Assembly: GCA_963664305.2 (NCBI GenBank)
Contig: CAXXLV010000001.1
Coordinates: forward strand, 64,001-128,000
Reading direction: 5' to 3'
Origin: an uncultured Aliarcobacter sp.
GTDB lineage: Bacteria; Campylobacterota; Campylobacteria; Campylobacterales; Arcobacteraceae
DNA: 64,000 nt
The position numbers and the translations under genes were made by a program. The notes below the pieces were generated by a model that worked only from the letters and a program-made list of their open reading frames with translations, did no database searches and was not told where the DNA came from. Shown here piece after piece: positions 32,170 through 42,589 of this stretch (position 1 is the first letter of the stretch; each line of letters starts with the position of its first letter).

Positions 32170-33297
32170 TTATATATCCTCTGGTTGTTTTGTTAAGTTT
32201 ATAATTCTTTTAGCTCTTGTTATACCTTTTTGAGAACCAACTAATAATAACTTGCAATTACTATTTATTGCTGTTGTTCCTTTTGGCATTTGAATAAATT
32301 TTCCATTTCCTTCAGTTATACCAATAACCGAAACTTTTAATCTATCCCTTAATCTTAAATCTTTTAATTCTCTATTTATTACCCATGAATTTTCTCTAAC
32401 AAATACTTCTTCCATATCAATTGGAGTGTCTTTTTTATATAAAAACTCATCAAGAACATTTTCCATATCTGGTCTTATTGCCATGGCAGTAACTCTTTTT
32501 GCCATTAAAGATGGTGTTGCAACCACTTTATCCGCTCCAAGTTTTTTCAATCTGATTTTTTCATTTTGAGTTTCTGCATTTGAAATAATCAAAAATGGTG
32601 GTCTTCCTAACTCTTTTTCATATAATCTAACAGAAGCAATTAAAGTAATATTATCTGAAATATTTTTAGATAAAGATATCGCTCCTTTTGCTGAACTTAG
32701 ATGTGATTTTAAAAAGGCAATTTCTTTATATGGTTCTTCTTTTACATAATATGGATAATTGTGTTCTTTTGCAATTTGTTCAATATCATCACTTGGGTCA
32801 ACAACAACAAAAGGTATATGATTTTCCCTAAATTGTCTAGCCAATTGAGCTGTATATTCGTTGTGATAACATATTACGAAATGACGTCTTAACCTTGCTA
32901 TTTTATAAAGCATTTTTCTTTCCTTTAATAATTCTAATAATGAACCATTTGCAATAACATCAATTACAATACCCACAGAAAATGTTAAAATCAAGAATCC
33001 TGCAATCATTAATGTTACAGTAAAAACAATACCTTGATTACTAAAATTTGCTTCGTTTAATGCTCCAAATCCAGTTGTTGTAAAAGTATAAGCTGATTGG
33101 AAAATTGCATGCATAATTGAATAATCTTCAATATAAACATAACCTAAAGTTCCTATCATCATTACAAGCTGAATGAGAATTAATGGTAGTCTAAAAGGTT
33201 TTAATTGGGCATAAATAAGTGGGTTTAAATCATATTGAGGTTTGGCTGCTCTTATTTCCCAGCCAATAGTTTTTTTTATCTTACTAAAGATGCTCAT
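32170..33297 (-). CDS. Potassium channel with RCK (TrkA-N/C) domains
   Basis: Two TM helices with a TTTGFG selectivity filter, followed by RCK domains. Confidence 0.88.
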   Translation of the reverse strand: MSIFSKIKKTIGWEIRAAKPQYDLNPLIYAQLKPFRLPLILIQLVMMIGTLGYVYIEDYSIMHAIFQSAYTFTTTGFGALNEANFSNQGIVFTVTLMIAGFLILTFSVGIVIDVIANGSLLELLKERKMLYKIARLRRHFVICYHNEYTAQLARQFRENHIPFVVVDPSDDIEQIAKEHNYPYYVKEEPYKEIAFLKSHLSSAKGAISLSKNISDNITLIASVRLYEKELGRPPFLIISNAETQNEKIRLKKLGADKVVATPSLMAKRVTAMAIRPDMENVLDEFLYKKDTPIDMEEVFVRENSWVINRELKDLRLRDRLKVSVIGITEGNGKFIQMPKGTTAINSNCKLLLVGSQKGITRAKRIINLTKQPEDI

Positions 33298-33320
33298 GAA
33301 AGCACTATTCTAGCGCCTTC

Positions 33321-33509
33321 TTATGAGTGTTTTTTAAGAGTTCTTAACTCTTTTGCAGAAATTTTTAACTTAGTAGTAGTTCCATCTTCTAATGTAACTC
33401 TAACTGTTCTAATATTTGGTAAAAATCTTCTTCTTGTTCTGTTTTTTGCGTGACTTACGTTGTTACCAACCATTGGTCCTTTTCCAGAAATTGCACATTT
33501 TCTTGACAT
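33321..33509 (-). CDS. rpmB: 50S ribosomal protein L28
   Basis: [10 protein letters not shown]...[18 protein letters not shown]. Confidence 0.98.
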   Translation of the reverse strand: MSRKCAISGKGPMVGNNVSHAKNRTRRRFLPNIRTVRVTLEDGTTTKLKISAKELRTLKKHS

Positions 33510-33570
33510 TTGTCTTCCTTACGTAGTGAAAAATATTTGCGTATTGTATCTTAATTTTCTTAAGGTAAAT

Positions 33571-34440
33571 TTAAACATTTTCTAAGATATATTTTATTTT
33601 ATCTAAATTAGCCTGTAATTCAAATTCTTTTGCTATTTTTCTATTCTCTTTTTTTATCTTTTTTAACTCATTTTTATCTAATAAAACAGCATCAATTTTA
33701 AAAGCAATACTTGGGTCAGTCGGTGAATCCATTGAAGCGAAAACATCTACAACTTCTTTTGCATCATTTTCAATGCTTAAAAAAACAACGCATTTACAAT
33801 ACATTGCTTTTATTACATTTAAAGAAAAAGATTTATTATAAGTTGGCAATAAAAATATATCTGAAGCTAAAAACAAATCATCAATATTTGAATAATTTTC
33901 CAATAAAATAATCTTATCTTGTAAGTTTTGATATTTTGGAAGCTGAAATTGTAAAGCTGTGATTTGCTTTTGCTCACCTGTGATAATTATCTTAAAATCA
34001 GGATAAGTTATAGAAGAACAAATATCTAAAAACTCTTTTATTCCAGAAGTTTTAAAGTTTTTTGCAGTAAATAAAATCAATTTTGTTTTTACATCTATTT
34101 TTAACTCTTCACAAATCTTAGCTTTTACATCTTTTGGTTTTTTATATTCAATATTTATTGAAGGATAAATTACTTTTATTTTTTCATGAGAAACTTTTGT
34201 TTTTGCAATAATTTGATTCATCGAAGCAAAACAATTTGTTATGGTAATTTTTGAATTTTTAATATTTTCAATTGATTTTTCATCTAAATTACCTGAATGA
34301 AAATATACATCTGCATATTTTTTTTTATTGAATAATGAAGTTAAAAAATTTCCTTCTTTTAAAACTTCAATATTTTCTTGCTTTTTTAATTCTTCAATTA
34401 ATAAATTTGATGATTTGTATGAAATTGTTGTTTTATTCAT
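33571..34440 (-). CDS. Degenerate GT4-like (GT-B) glycosyltransferase homologue
   Basis: C-terminal domain ASDIFLLPT...KSFSLNVIKAM; short N-terminal domain. Confidence 0.7.
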   Translation of the reverse strand: MNKTTISYKSSNLLIEELKKQENIEVLKEGNFLTSLFNKKKYADVYFHSGNLDEKSIENIKNSKITITNCFASMNQIIAKTKVSHEKIKVIYPSINIEYKKPKDVKAKICEELKIDVKTKLILFTAKNFKTSGIKEFLDICSSITYPDFKIIITGEQKQITALQFQLPKYQNLQDKIILLENYSNIDDLFLASDIFLLPTYNKSFSLNVIKAMYCKCVVFLSIENDAKEVVDVFASMDSPTDPSIAFKIDAVLLDKNELKKIKKENRKIAKEFELQANLDKIKYILENV

Positions 34441-34443
34441 AAA

Positions 34444-35196
34444 TTACTTTTCTTCACCTTTATTATTTAATTCATATAATTTTGCTTCTTTTAGAAATGC
34501 ATAAAAAGCATTATTAATTGCAGCTATAAATCCTCTTACTCCATTTAAAAATCCTCTTTTTATAAAGAATGATTTAAAGAAAGATAAGGGGAAGACAAAA
34601 ATTAATTTTACTAACGAAGCTCTTTTTTTCTTGTCAAATTTTTCTTGTGCTCTCAATGATGAATACTCATTAATTTTATTTAAGTGGGTAGCTAAATCTA
34701 AAGTTCCATAATCATAAATAAAACCTTTTGCTTTTGCTATTTTACCTTTTATAACTATTGATTCATGAACTAATTTATCAGGATAATAACCAATACTTTT
34801 TCTAAAAAATCTTATTCTTCTATTAAATTTTGACTTTTCACTATTAAACTTTCCAAGATATAAACTTGAAATTTTAATATCTAGTCCATCAATTTTATTT
34901 TCTTTTATAGTATCAATTATCTCTTTTTTAAGCTCATTTGTTAATTCTTCATCAGCATCAAGGTTTAAAACCCATTCATTTGAGCATAAACTTTTTGCAT
35001 ACTCTTTTTGTTTTGCAAAGCCCATCCATTCATGAAAATAAATTTTATCAGTGTAATCCTTTGCTATTTCTAATGTTGAATCTAGACTTCCACTATCAAC
35101 AACAATTATTTCATCAAAATCTTTTACACTTTCTAAAACTCTTTTTATATGTTTTTCTTCATTTTTGCAAATAATATAAACCGAAGCTTTAATCAT
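34444..35196 (-). CDS. GT2 glycosyltransferase (LPS core type)
   Basis: KNEEKHI, VVDSGSLDST, LNLDADE, LVHE. Confidence 0.9.
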   Translation of the reverse strand: MIKASVYIICKNEEKHIKRVLESVKDFDEIIVVDSGSLDSTLEIAKDYTDKIYFHEWMGFAKQKEYAKSLCSNEWVLNLDADEELTNELKKEIIDTIKENKIDGLDIKISSLYLGKFNSEKSKFNRRIRFFRKSIGYYPDKLVHESIVIKGKIAKAKGFIYDYGTLDLATHLNKINEYSSLRAQEKFDKKKRASLVKLIFVFPLSFFKSFFIKRGFLNGVRGFIAAINNAFYAFLKEAKLYELNNKGEEK

Positions 35197-35978
35197 AATT
35201 TATTCCTAACTCTTGATACTTTTAATAGAAAATCTACAAAACTCTCTGTTCCTAAAATTCCTACTCTTTTAATTGTAAAGACATCATCATTCTTTTCAAA
35301 TAATCCTCTTTTTACAACCGTAGCATTTTTATATCTTGCATTTTTAACTGCCTGAACAATTTTATCATCAAATTTTCCATAAGGATAAGCAAAAGCTTCA
35401 CAATCTTTATTTGTAATTTTTTCTATCTCTTTTTTTGATTCAATTAACTCTTTTTCTAATTGAATACTATCAATTTTAGATAGATTTACATGAGATAAAG
35501 TGTGAGAACCAAACTCTATTAATCCTGAATTTTGCATCTCTAAAATCTGTTTTTCATTTAAAAGTTTTGATAAAACAGAAGTATTTTTTTCTTCCCAGTG
35601 ATTAGTTTCTTGATTTGGAACTAAATAAATAGTTGCTTTAAAACTATACTTTTGTAAAATTGGAAAAGCATTTAAATAATTATCTTCATATCCATCATCA
35701 AATGTAATAACAAATGATTTTTCAGGAATTTCATCCAATTTTACAAGTTCTGAAATAGTAAATGACTTCCAATTATTTTTATAAAACCAGTTCATTTGTT
35801 TTTCAAAATCTTTTGGCTTTATTCTCCATTTATTGTGTTTTTCATTTCCTATATGTTCACCAATACTATGATACATAAGTACTCTTACTTTTTTGTAACT
35901 TTGTGGTATTCTCCACCAATTGTATCTTAGAGATATTATTAAAATCAAAAGAACTAAAAAAATTAAAAAATAAATCAT
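35193..35978 (-). CDS. Membrane-anchored polysaccharide deacetylase (CE4)
   Basis: N-terminal TM; LMYH, ITFDDGY, GSHTLSH, FAYPYG. Confidence 0.9.
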   Translation of the reverse strand: MIYFLIFLVLLILIISLRYNWWRIPQSYKKVRVLMYHSIGEHIGNEKHNKWRIKPKDFEKQMNWFYKNNWKSFTISELVKLDEIPEKSFVITFDDGYEDNYLNAFPILQKYSFKATIYLVPNQETNHWEEKNTSVLSKLLNEKQILEMQNSGLIEFGSHTLSHVNLSKIDSIQLEKELIESKKEIEKITNKDCEAFAYPYGKFDDKIVQAVKNARYKNATVVKRGLFEKNDDVFTIKRVGILGTESFVDFLLKVSRVRNKL

Positions 35979-35983
35979 CTACT

Positions 35984-36970
35984 TCACTTTATAAGACTTT
36001 TGTACGCTTCAACATATTGTTTAACCATTTTTTCTATACTATAATCTTCTTTTGTCTCTTTAATTTTTGAAAATAAATTTACATATTTTTCATAGTTTTT
36101 ATACACATCTTCTAGTTTATTAACAAAAGCATTTACATCATTATTAAAAACTAATTCTTCACCTAATATCTCTTTGTGATTTGCAATATCAGTTGCTACT
36201 AAAACCTTAGCATAAAAAATTCCTTCAATTAAAGCTAAAGACAATCCCTCTTCACTTGAAGATATTATTTGCAAATCACAGTTATATATATAATCTTGAA
36301 CATTTCTAACAAAACCTATTAACTCTATCTTATTTTCTAGATTAAATGATTTGATAAGATTTAATAATTCCTCTTTTTGCTCACCTTCCCCAACGATATT
36401 TAATTTAAAATCAAAATTAACTTTAGAAAGTGCTGTAATTAAAGTATGAAAACCTTTTACTGGAGCTAATCTTCCAACTCCAACAATATTGAATTTATTT
36501 TTATTTTCAAATTCTTTTACTTCTTTAAAAGGGATGCCATTTAATATTGTAATGTTTCTTTTTGCATTTGTATAAATTCTAGTCTCTTCAGAAACTGCAA
36601 CTCCCAAATCAGCCAAAGAAAATTTTTTCTTTATAACTGGATTATGACGACTACCAATAATTGGTATTTTTTTCTTCATAAAAAGTCTTGCATTATACAT
36701 AATTTCAAGTTCTTTTGTATTATGAATATGTATTACATCTGGATTAATCTTTTCTACAATTTTTGCTACTTTATATAAAAAGAAAGGATTATGTCTATTT
36801 TTTTCAAAATCTAAATTTATAAAATTTACACTTTCATTTATATATGGCTTGATTTTATCATTTGTTAATAGATAAACTGTATGTTCTTTTGATAATTCAT
36901 TACACAAATCTACACATACTTTCTCAGTTCCAGCAAATTGTACCCAATGTAATGTATGTAAGATTATCAT
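35984..36970 (-). CDS. GT4 glycosyltransferase
   Basis: VGRLAPVKG, EGLSLALIE. Confidence 0.9.
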   Translation of the reverse strand: MIILHTLHWVQFAGTEKVCVDLCNELSKEHTVYLLTNDKIKPYINESVNFINLDFEKNRHNPFFLYKVAKIVEKINPDVIHIHNTKELEIMYNARLFMKKKIPIIGSRHNPVIKKKFSLADLGVAVSEETRIYTNAKRNITILNGIPFKEVKEFENKNKFNIVGVGRLAPVKGFHTLITALSKVNFDFKLNIVGEGEQKEELLNLIKSFNLENKIELIGFVRNVQDYIYNCDLQIISSSEEGLSLALIEGIFYAKVLVATDIANHKEILGEELVFNNDVNAFVNKLEDVYKNYEKYVNLFSKIKETKEDYSIEKMVKQYVEAYKSLIK

Positions 36971-38028
36971 ATTTGATTTCCTTGTTTAAATTTATATTCA
37001 CTCCACTCATAATTATTTGATTTATCATCTTTAAACAATAATTCCAACATAAATTGAGTTACTCTTTTTGCATTTACTATTTCATAAGTTTTTTCTTGAC
37101 CTTTTTTAGCAATTAATTCATATTTTTTATCTTTTAAATAATATTTTAATTTTTCAAAACAATCATCTGGCGTGTCAAAATAAACAATTTCTTCTTTATC
37201 TTTATAAAGTTTTTCAAATCCTTTTATTCTAGGAGAAAATGTACAAATCCCTGAACCTAAAAATTGTGCCATTCTATCTGAAGCTCCAAGAATTTTTTCT
37301 TGATTAACTTCATTTAAATTATCATCTCTATTAAAATTTATTGCTATTTTAGTTTGAGCTATAGCTTTGTGAAAATCATTTCCAAAAATTGCAGGATTTC
37401 CAAGTGAAGCATATACTTTCAATTTTATATTTTCTTTATCACAAAAATCTTTTAATAAAACTGCAAATTTTGTTCTAACATCTTCATTGTAATCTCTTGC
37501 GATATATATTACATCATTTATTTTTTCTGATTCTAATTTTTTATCAAATGCTGGATCTGAAATGTTTGGAAAAAATGAAAAAACTGTATTTTGATATTTC
37601 TTTGACAAATTTTGTAACTCTTTTGCATTTGCATAATAAAAAACATCTATACAGTCTAATTTATCAAAAAATTCATCTTTCTCTAACAAATGATCTACAT
37701 ACCATTGTACAATTTTAATATTTGGCAAAATTTCTCTAATTTTAATTAATGTCTCTTTATCTATTTTTTCAGCTTTTGCTAAAAATAAAATATCTGCATC
37801 TATATTTTTACAAATATTAATCAGCTTTTGATTCATTTTTTTTAATCCACTATCTTTTATTCCTAAAAAACGTGAATTTCTCTCTACATCTCTATAACTA
37901 AAATCATAAACAAAGTGTCCATTTTGAATCAATCCATGACTTATTTTTCTCTCAAGTCCATAAAAGAAATTACCATTATCTTTTTCGTTAAAGATACCAC
38001 AATGAACTATTTTATAATGTTTTTGCAT
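36967..38028 (-). CDS. Putative GT-B glycosyltransferase
   Basis: WYVD, KIAINFNR, ASDRMAQFLGSG; located within the LPS cluster. Confidence 0.75.
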   Translation of the reverse strand: MQKHYKIVHCGIFNEKDNGNFFYGLERKISHGLIQNGHFVYDFSYRDVERNSRFLGIKDSGLKKMNQKLINICKNIDADILFLAKAEKIDKETLIKIREILPNIKIVQWYVDHLLEKDEFFDKLDCIDVFYYANAKELQNLSKKYQNTVFSFFPNISDPAFDKKLESEKINDVIYIARDYNEDVRTKFAVLLKDFCDKENIKLKVYASLGNPAIFGNDFHKAIAQTKIAINFNRDDNLNEVNQEKILGASDRMAQFLGSGICTFSPRIKGFEKLYKDKEEIVYFDTPDDCFEKLKYYLKDKKYELIAKKGQEKTYEIVNAKRVTQFMLELLFKDDKSNNYEWSEYKFKQGNQI

Positions 38029-38998
38029 TAATGCACCCTTTGTAATATTCTAATAAATTTTTTGAATAGTCATTGAAATCAAATTTTTGTTTAAAATGAT
38101 CATGTTTTGATTTAAAATCTTCACAAATATTTTCATAATTGTTATAAATTTCACTAATTTTAGTTGAAAAATCTTCAATTTTCACTAAATAGTCTTTATC
38201 TAAGACTTCAACAATTCCACCAACAGGAGTAGAAATAATAACTGAACTATTTATTATTCCTTCAAGTAAAGTTAAAGGTAAACCTTCTGTTAAAGATGAA
38301 ATTACTTGAAGATGACTACTTGCCAAATATTCTGGAATATTATTTTTAAAACCTAAAAGTGATACCTTCTTTTCTAATTTATTATCAATAATCAATTTTT
38401 CTAATTTTAATTTTTGAGAACCTTCACCAATAATATTCAATTTAAAATCAAATTCTAACTTTGAAACTTGTTCAATTAATTTATCAAAACCTTTTATTGG
38501 GTCTAATCTTCCTACTGCTAAAATTGTAAAAATCTCATTTTTTTCAAAAATTAAATTCTCACTTTTTTGTATCCCAAAATATAAAATTTTACTAGGATGA
38601 GTAATAGTTTTTGCAACTTCAGATGAAACACTAATTACGTTTTTAACTTTATTGAAAATTTTTCCTTTTCTTGTATTGTGTTTTGTTGCAATATGAATAA
38701 AAGGAAATATTTTATTTAATAAATAAGTTATTTGAGTGGCTTTTGCTCCATGTGTGTGAACAATATCATAAGTTTTAATCACATTCAAAACTTCCAAATA
38801 TAAAAAAGGGTTATATCTTTTATCATATGATTTATACTCTACAATCTTTACATTTGAAGAGACTTTATCTTTATATCTACAACCATTTGGAACAATCAAA
38901 GCACATTCATAATATTTACTAATTTCATTTAATGAATCAACAACTATTTTTTCTACGCCACCATAAATAGATGAACATGAAAAATAACAAATTTTCAT
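38012..38998 (-). CDS. GT4 glycosyltransferase
   Basis: YGGVEK, VGRLDPIKG, EGLPLTLLE. Confidence 0.9.
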   Translation of the reverse strand: MKICYFSCSSIYGGVEKIVVDSLNEISKYYECALIVPNGCRYKDKVSSNVKIVEYKSYDKRYNPFLYLEVLNVIKTYDIVHTHGAKATQITYLLNKIFPFIHIATKHNTRKGKIFNKVKNVISVSSEVAKTITHPSKILYFGIQKSENLIFEKNEIFTILAVGRLDPIKGFDKLIEQVSKLEFDFKLNIIGEGSQKLKLEKLIIDNKLEKKVSLLGFKNNIPEYLASSHLQVISSLTEGLPLTLLEGIINSSVIISTPVGGIVEVLDKDYLVKIEDFSTKISEIYNNYENICEDFKSKHDHFKQKFDFNDYSKNLLEYYKGCINAKTL

Positions 38999-39807
38999 CT
39001 ATTTTTTCCTTTTTTCATTTTTAAAATAAATGCATATAATCCTTGTCTACCACTCACCATTATTCTTGGTATCTCAAAATTAGAATATTTATTTTTATCA
39101 AAAACTCCATTTACAGTTGTTGTTGCATTAGTATAACCTGCATTTTGAACTATTTCTACAGAATCTTTATCATAAAAACCAAATGGATATGCAAACGAAT
39201 CACATTTAATATCGAAAATTTCTTCTATTTGTTTTTTTGATTCTATTAATTGTCTTTCTTTTTCTTTTTTATTTAATTTTGGTAAATTTACATGATCAAG
39301 GGTGTGCGAACCAATTTCAATTAATCCACTATCAAGCATAGTTTTAATTTGTTCATTACTTAACATCTTTTCCCTATTCAATTCACTTGAAGCTTTATCT
39401 AAATCTTTATCTGTTGCCCAATTATTTTCAAATCTATTAAGTACGATATAAATCGTTGCTTTAAAACCATACTTTTGTAAAAGAGGAAAAGCATTTGTAA
39501 AATTATCTTCATAACCATCATCAAAAGTTAATACTACAGATTTTTCAGGGATATTTTCTAATTGAACTAACTCACTTAAAGTAAAACTTTTAAATCCATT
39601 TTCTTTTAACCAAATTAATTGTTTTTCAAATTCTGCAGGTTCTACTCTTAACCTATTAAATTTTGATTCATTTTTTGGTAAATGTTCACTTATCATGTGA
39701 TACATTAAAATTCTTGGATAAACATATGAAATATTTTTTCTCCACCATGAAAATCTTAATGAAAAAAATATAAAAAATAAAAGTAATAAACAAATTATAT
39801 AAATCAA
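38995..39807 (-). CDS. Membrane-anchored polysaccharide deacetylase (CE4), second paralogue
   Basis: N-terminal TM; LMYH, LTFDDGY, GSHTLDH, FAYPFG. Confidence 0.9.
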   Translation of the reverse strand: MIYIICLLLLFFIFFSLRFSWWRKNISYVYPRILMYHMISEHLPKNESKFNRLRVEPAEFEKQLIWLKENGFKSFTLSELVQLENIPEKSVVLTFDDGYEDNFTNAFPLLQKYGFKATIYIVLNRFENNWATDKDLDKASSELNREKMLSNEQIKTMLDSGLIEIGSHTLDHVNLPKLNKKEKERQLIESKKQIEEIFDIKCDSFAYPFGFYDKDSVEIVQNAGYTNATTTVNGVFDKNKYSNFEIPRIMVSGRQGLYAFILKMKKGKNR

Positions 39808-40958
39808 GCTGTTTTCCTAAAACTATCAGCATAAACAAAAAAAACAAATATTGTTAAAAAACTAAGTAATTCTTTAGAACCATAAGCACCAAAATCAAAT
39901 TGTGTAACTACTATAAAATAAGTTGCAATAGGAAATAAAATAAAATTTTTACTTTCATATATTTTTTTTAAAACTTGAAAAATAGTAAATAAACAAGAAA
40001 TCAATCCAAATAATCCCGTATAAAGTAATATTTCTAGAGTTGAATTATGAGGATCTGGAAATTTATTTAAAAATTCATTTGGTAAATTTTTAAATGAATT
40101 TAAACCATATCCAAAAAAAATCTTTTCTTTTATAAACTCAATAGTATATAACCATATTGTTGTTCTATTACTTGAATTTCCATTTAAAAGTTGTTGAAAT
40201 CTATTTTGAAAAGAATCAAAACTAAAATATAATAAAATTAAAAAACTTATAAAAAATAAAAAATAAACTATATGAGAAATTTTTATATTTTTATAGTTTA
40301 TTATCAGAAATACTATAAATGAAAAACCACCAGCAACCCAAGAAGACCTTGAAAATGAAAAAATCATAAAAAATGAAAATAATATTAATAAAAATATAGA
40401 GAGTGTTCTTTTATATTTTAATAAATAAAGAGTTAATATAAATCCCATTCCCATCATTAATCCAAATGCATTTCTATTATTGAGAGAACCTTTTATCCCT
40501 TCTTCCATTAAAATATTTGGATTTTGAATAATTTGATAAACTCCAGTTAATAATAAAAATAAAAAGGAACATAAACTGATTATTAGAATATTTTTTTTAT
40601 TAAAAAAATTTAATTTATAAAAATATGCAAGTATCACGAACATCAGTCCATATCTAAAAATAAATGAAAATATTGTATGCCAAGATTTTTTATCTAAAAA
40701 TTCTGGATTTAATAAATTTGAAAGTATCATTGCAAAAATTATAAAACAAAATCCTATAAATAAATTTTTAGTTATTTTTAAATTATCAATTAGAATATTA
40801 AAATTTTTTGTAATAAAAAGATGATATATAAAAAATATTGAAATTAAAATAATTGAAATTTGAAAAATTGCATTTTTAAATGGTATTGAAAGAATCCAAA
40901 TAAAAATTAAAAAATTAAAAATACTATTATAATTTATTTTACTGTACTGACTTAGCAT
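39804..40958 (-). CDS. O-antigen ligase family protein
   Basis: Multi-TM; SFSRSSW, SSNRTTIW, FFGYG, PHNS (WaaL/Wzy_C motifs). Confidence 0.85.
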   Translation of the reverse strand: MLSQYSKINYNSIFNFLIFIWILSIPFKNAIFQISIILISIFFIYHLFITKNFNILIDNLKITKNLFIGFCFIIFAMILSNLLNPEFLDKKSWHTIFSFIFRYGLMFVILAYFYKLNFFNKKNILIISLCSFLFLLLTGVYQIIQNPNILMEEGIKGSLNNRNAFGLMMGMGFILTLYLLKYKRTLSIFLLILFSFFMIFSFSRSSWVAGGFSFIVFLIINYKNIKISHIVYFLFFISFLILLYFSFDSFQNRFQQLLNGNSSNRTTIWLYTIEFIKEKIFFGYGLNSFKNLPNEFLNKFPDPHNSTLEILLYTGLFGLISCLFTIFQVLKKIYESKNFILFPIATYFIVVTQFDFGAYGSKELLSFLTIFVFFVYADSFRKTA

Positions 40959-41101
40959 AAATTCTTTCCCAAATAATTTTTCTTATAATATAAAGAATTA
41001 CATTATATCTTAGTAATCTTAAACTTCAAAGAAATAGGCTTTTATATAGAATTAAAGTAAATATTAGATACATTTCAAAATTAAAAAAAGGTCAATAATA
41101 T

Positions 41102-42580
41102 ATGCTCTTCAATAGTTATGAATTTATATTTGCATTTCTACCAATAACATTTTTTATATACTTTTACCTAAATAGTAAAAGATTAACAGTTGCTTCAAAA
41201 GGATTTTTGGTATTTGCAAGTTTGTTTTTTTATTCTTGGTGGAATATTGGTTATTTGCCTCTAATTTTAATCTCTATGTTATTTAATTACACTGTTGGAA
41301 ATAGTTTATCTAAAAGTGATTATGGAAATAAAAATGGTTTAAAAAAAACATTTTCAAATAAATCTATTTTAGTTTTTGGAATAATAGTGAATTTATCACT
41401 TCTTGGATATTTCAAATATGCAGATTTTTTCATTGAAAACTTTAATTTAGTTACTTCTTCAAATGTAAATCTTTTACATTTAGTTTTACCTTTAGCAATA
41501 TCATTTTTTACTTTTCAACAAATAGCTTATTTAGTTGATAGTTATAGAGGTGAAACAAAAGAATATGACTTTTTAAATTATGCTCTGTTTGTTACTTTTT
41601 TCCCACAATTAATAGCAGGTCCTATTGTTCATCATAAAGAGATGATGCCTCAATTTGCATCTTCTTGGAATATGGTGAAAAATTATAAAAATATTGCTTT
41701 AGGTCTTTTTATATTTTCAATAGGATTGTTTAAAAAAGTTGTAATTGCTGATACCTTTGCAGTTTGGGCAACAGCAGGATTTGATACGGCAACAACTTTA
41801 AATCTTTTTGAAGCATGGGCAACAAGTTTAAGTTATACTTTCCAATTGTACTTTGACTTCTCAGGTTATACAGATATGGCAATAGGAGTAGCTTTACTAT
41901 TTAACATTAAACTTCCTATTAATTTTAACTCTCCATATAAAGCTCTAAATATTCAAGACTTTTGGAGAAGATGGCATATTACTTTAAGTCGTTTTTTGCG
42001 AGATTATATTTATATTCCTCTTGGTGGAAATAAAATATCTTCTTTTAGAACATACTCAAATCTATTAGCAACATTTGTAATAGGTGGACTTTGGCATGGA
42101 GCAGGATGGACATTTATATTCTGGGGATTTTTGCATGGGATAGCACTAATTATTCATAGAATCTGGTCAAACCTAGGCTTTAAAATGAATACAATCCTTG
42201 CATGGTTTATAACATTTAACTTTGTAAATATAGCATGGGTATTTTTTAGAGCAAAAGAGTGGGATGATGCTATTAAGGTTTTAAAGGGAATGGTTGGTCT
42301 TACTGAAATTATTCTATCTGAAAAATATAGTCTAAGTTTTTCTTTTTTAAGTAAATATGGAATTATTTTTGATAAAGTTACGGAAAACATTGGAGATGGA
42401 AGTAGAAGTTTGATTTGGATTTTATTTGGAACATTTTTTATTTTATTTTTTAAAAATTCTATAGAACAATCTAAAAAATTTTTAATAACTAATAAAACAC
42501 TAACTCTAACTATTATTTATTTTTTAAGCTCTATTTTATCACTTAACCAAATTTCAGAGTTTTTATATTTTAATTTCTAA
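41102..42580 (+). CDS. MBOAT O-acyltransferase (AlgI/PatA/DltB-like)
   Basis: LPLAISFFTFQ, FFPQLIAGPI, FDFSGYTDMA, FWRRWHITLS, GLWHGA; C-terminal FLYFNF. Confidence 0.93.
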   Translation: MLFNSYEFIFAFLPITFFIYFYLNSKRLTVASKGFLVFASLFFYSWWNIGYLPLILISMLFNYTVGNSLSKSDYGNKNGLKKTFSNKSILVFGIIVNLSLLGYFKYADFFIENFNLVTSSNVNLLHLVLPLAISFFTFQQIAYLVDSYRGETKEYDFLNYALFVTFFPQLIAGPIVHHKEMMPQFASSWNMVKNYKNIALGLFIFSIGLFKKVVIADTFAVWATAGFDTATTLNLFEAWATSLSYTFQLYFDFSGYTDMAIGVALLFNIKLPINFNSPYKALNIQDFWRRWHITLSRFLRDYIYIPLGGNKISSFRTYSNLLATFVIGGLWHGAGWTFIFWGFLHGIALIIHRIWSNLGFKMNTILAWFITFNFVNIAWVFFRAKEWDDAIKVLKGMVGLTEIILSEKYSLSFSFLSKYGIIFDKVTENIGDGSRSLIWILFGTFFILFFKNSIEQSKKFLITNKTLTLTIIYFLSSILSLNQISEFLYFNF

Positions 42581-42589
42581 GGTAATAAA

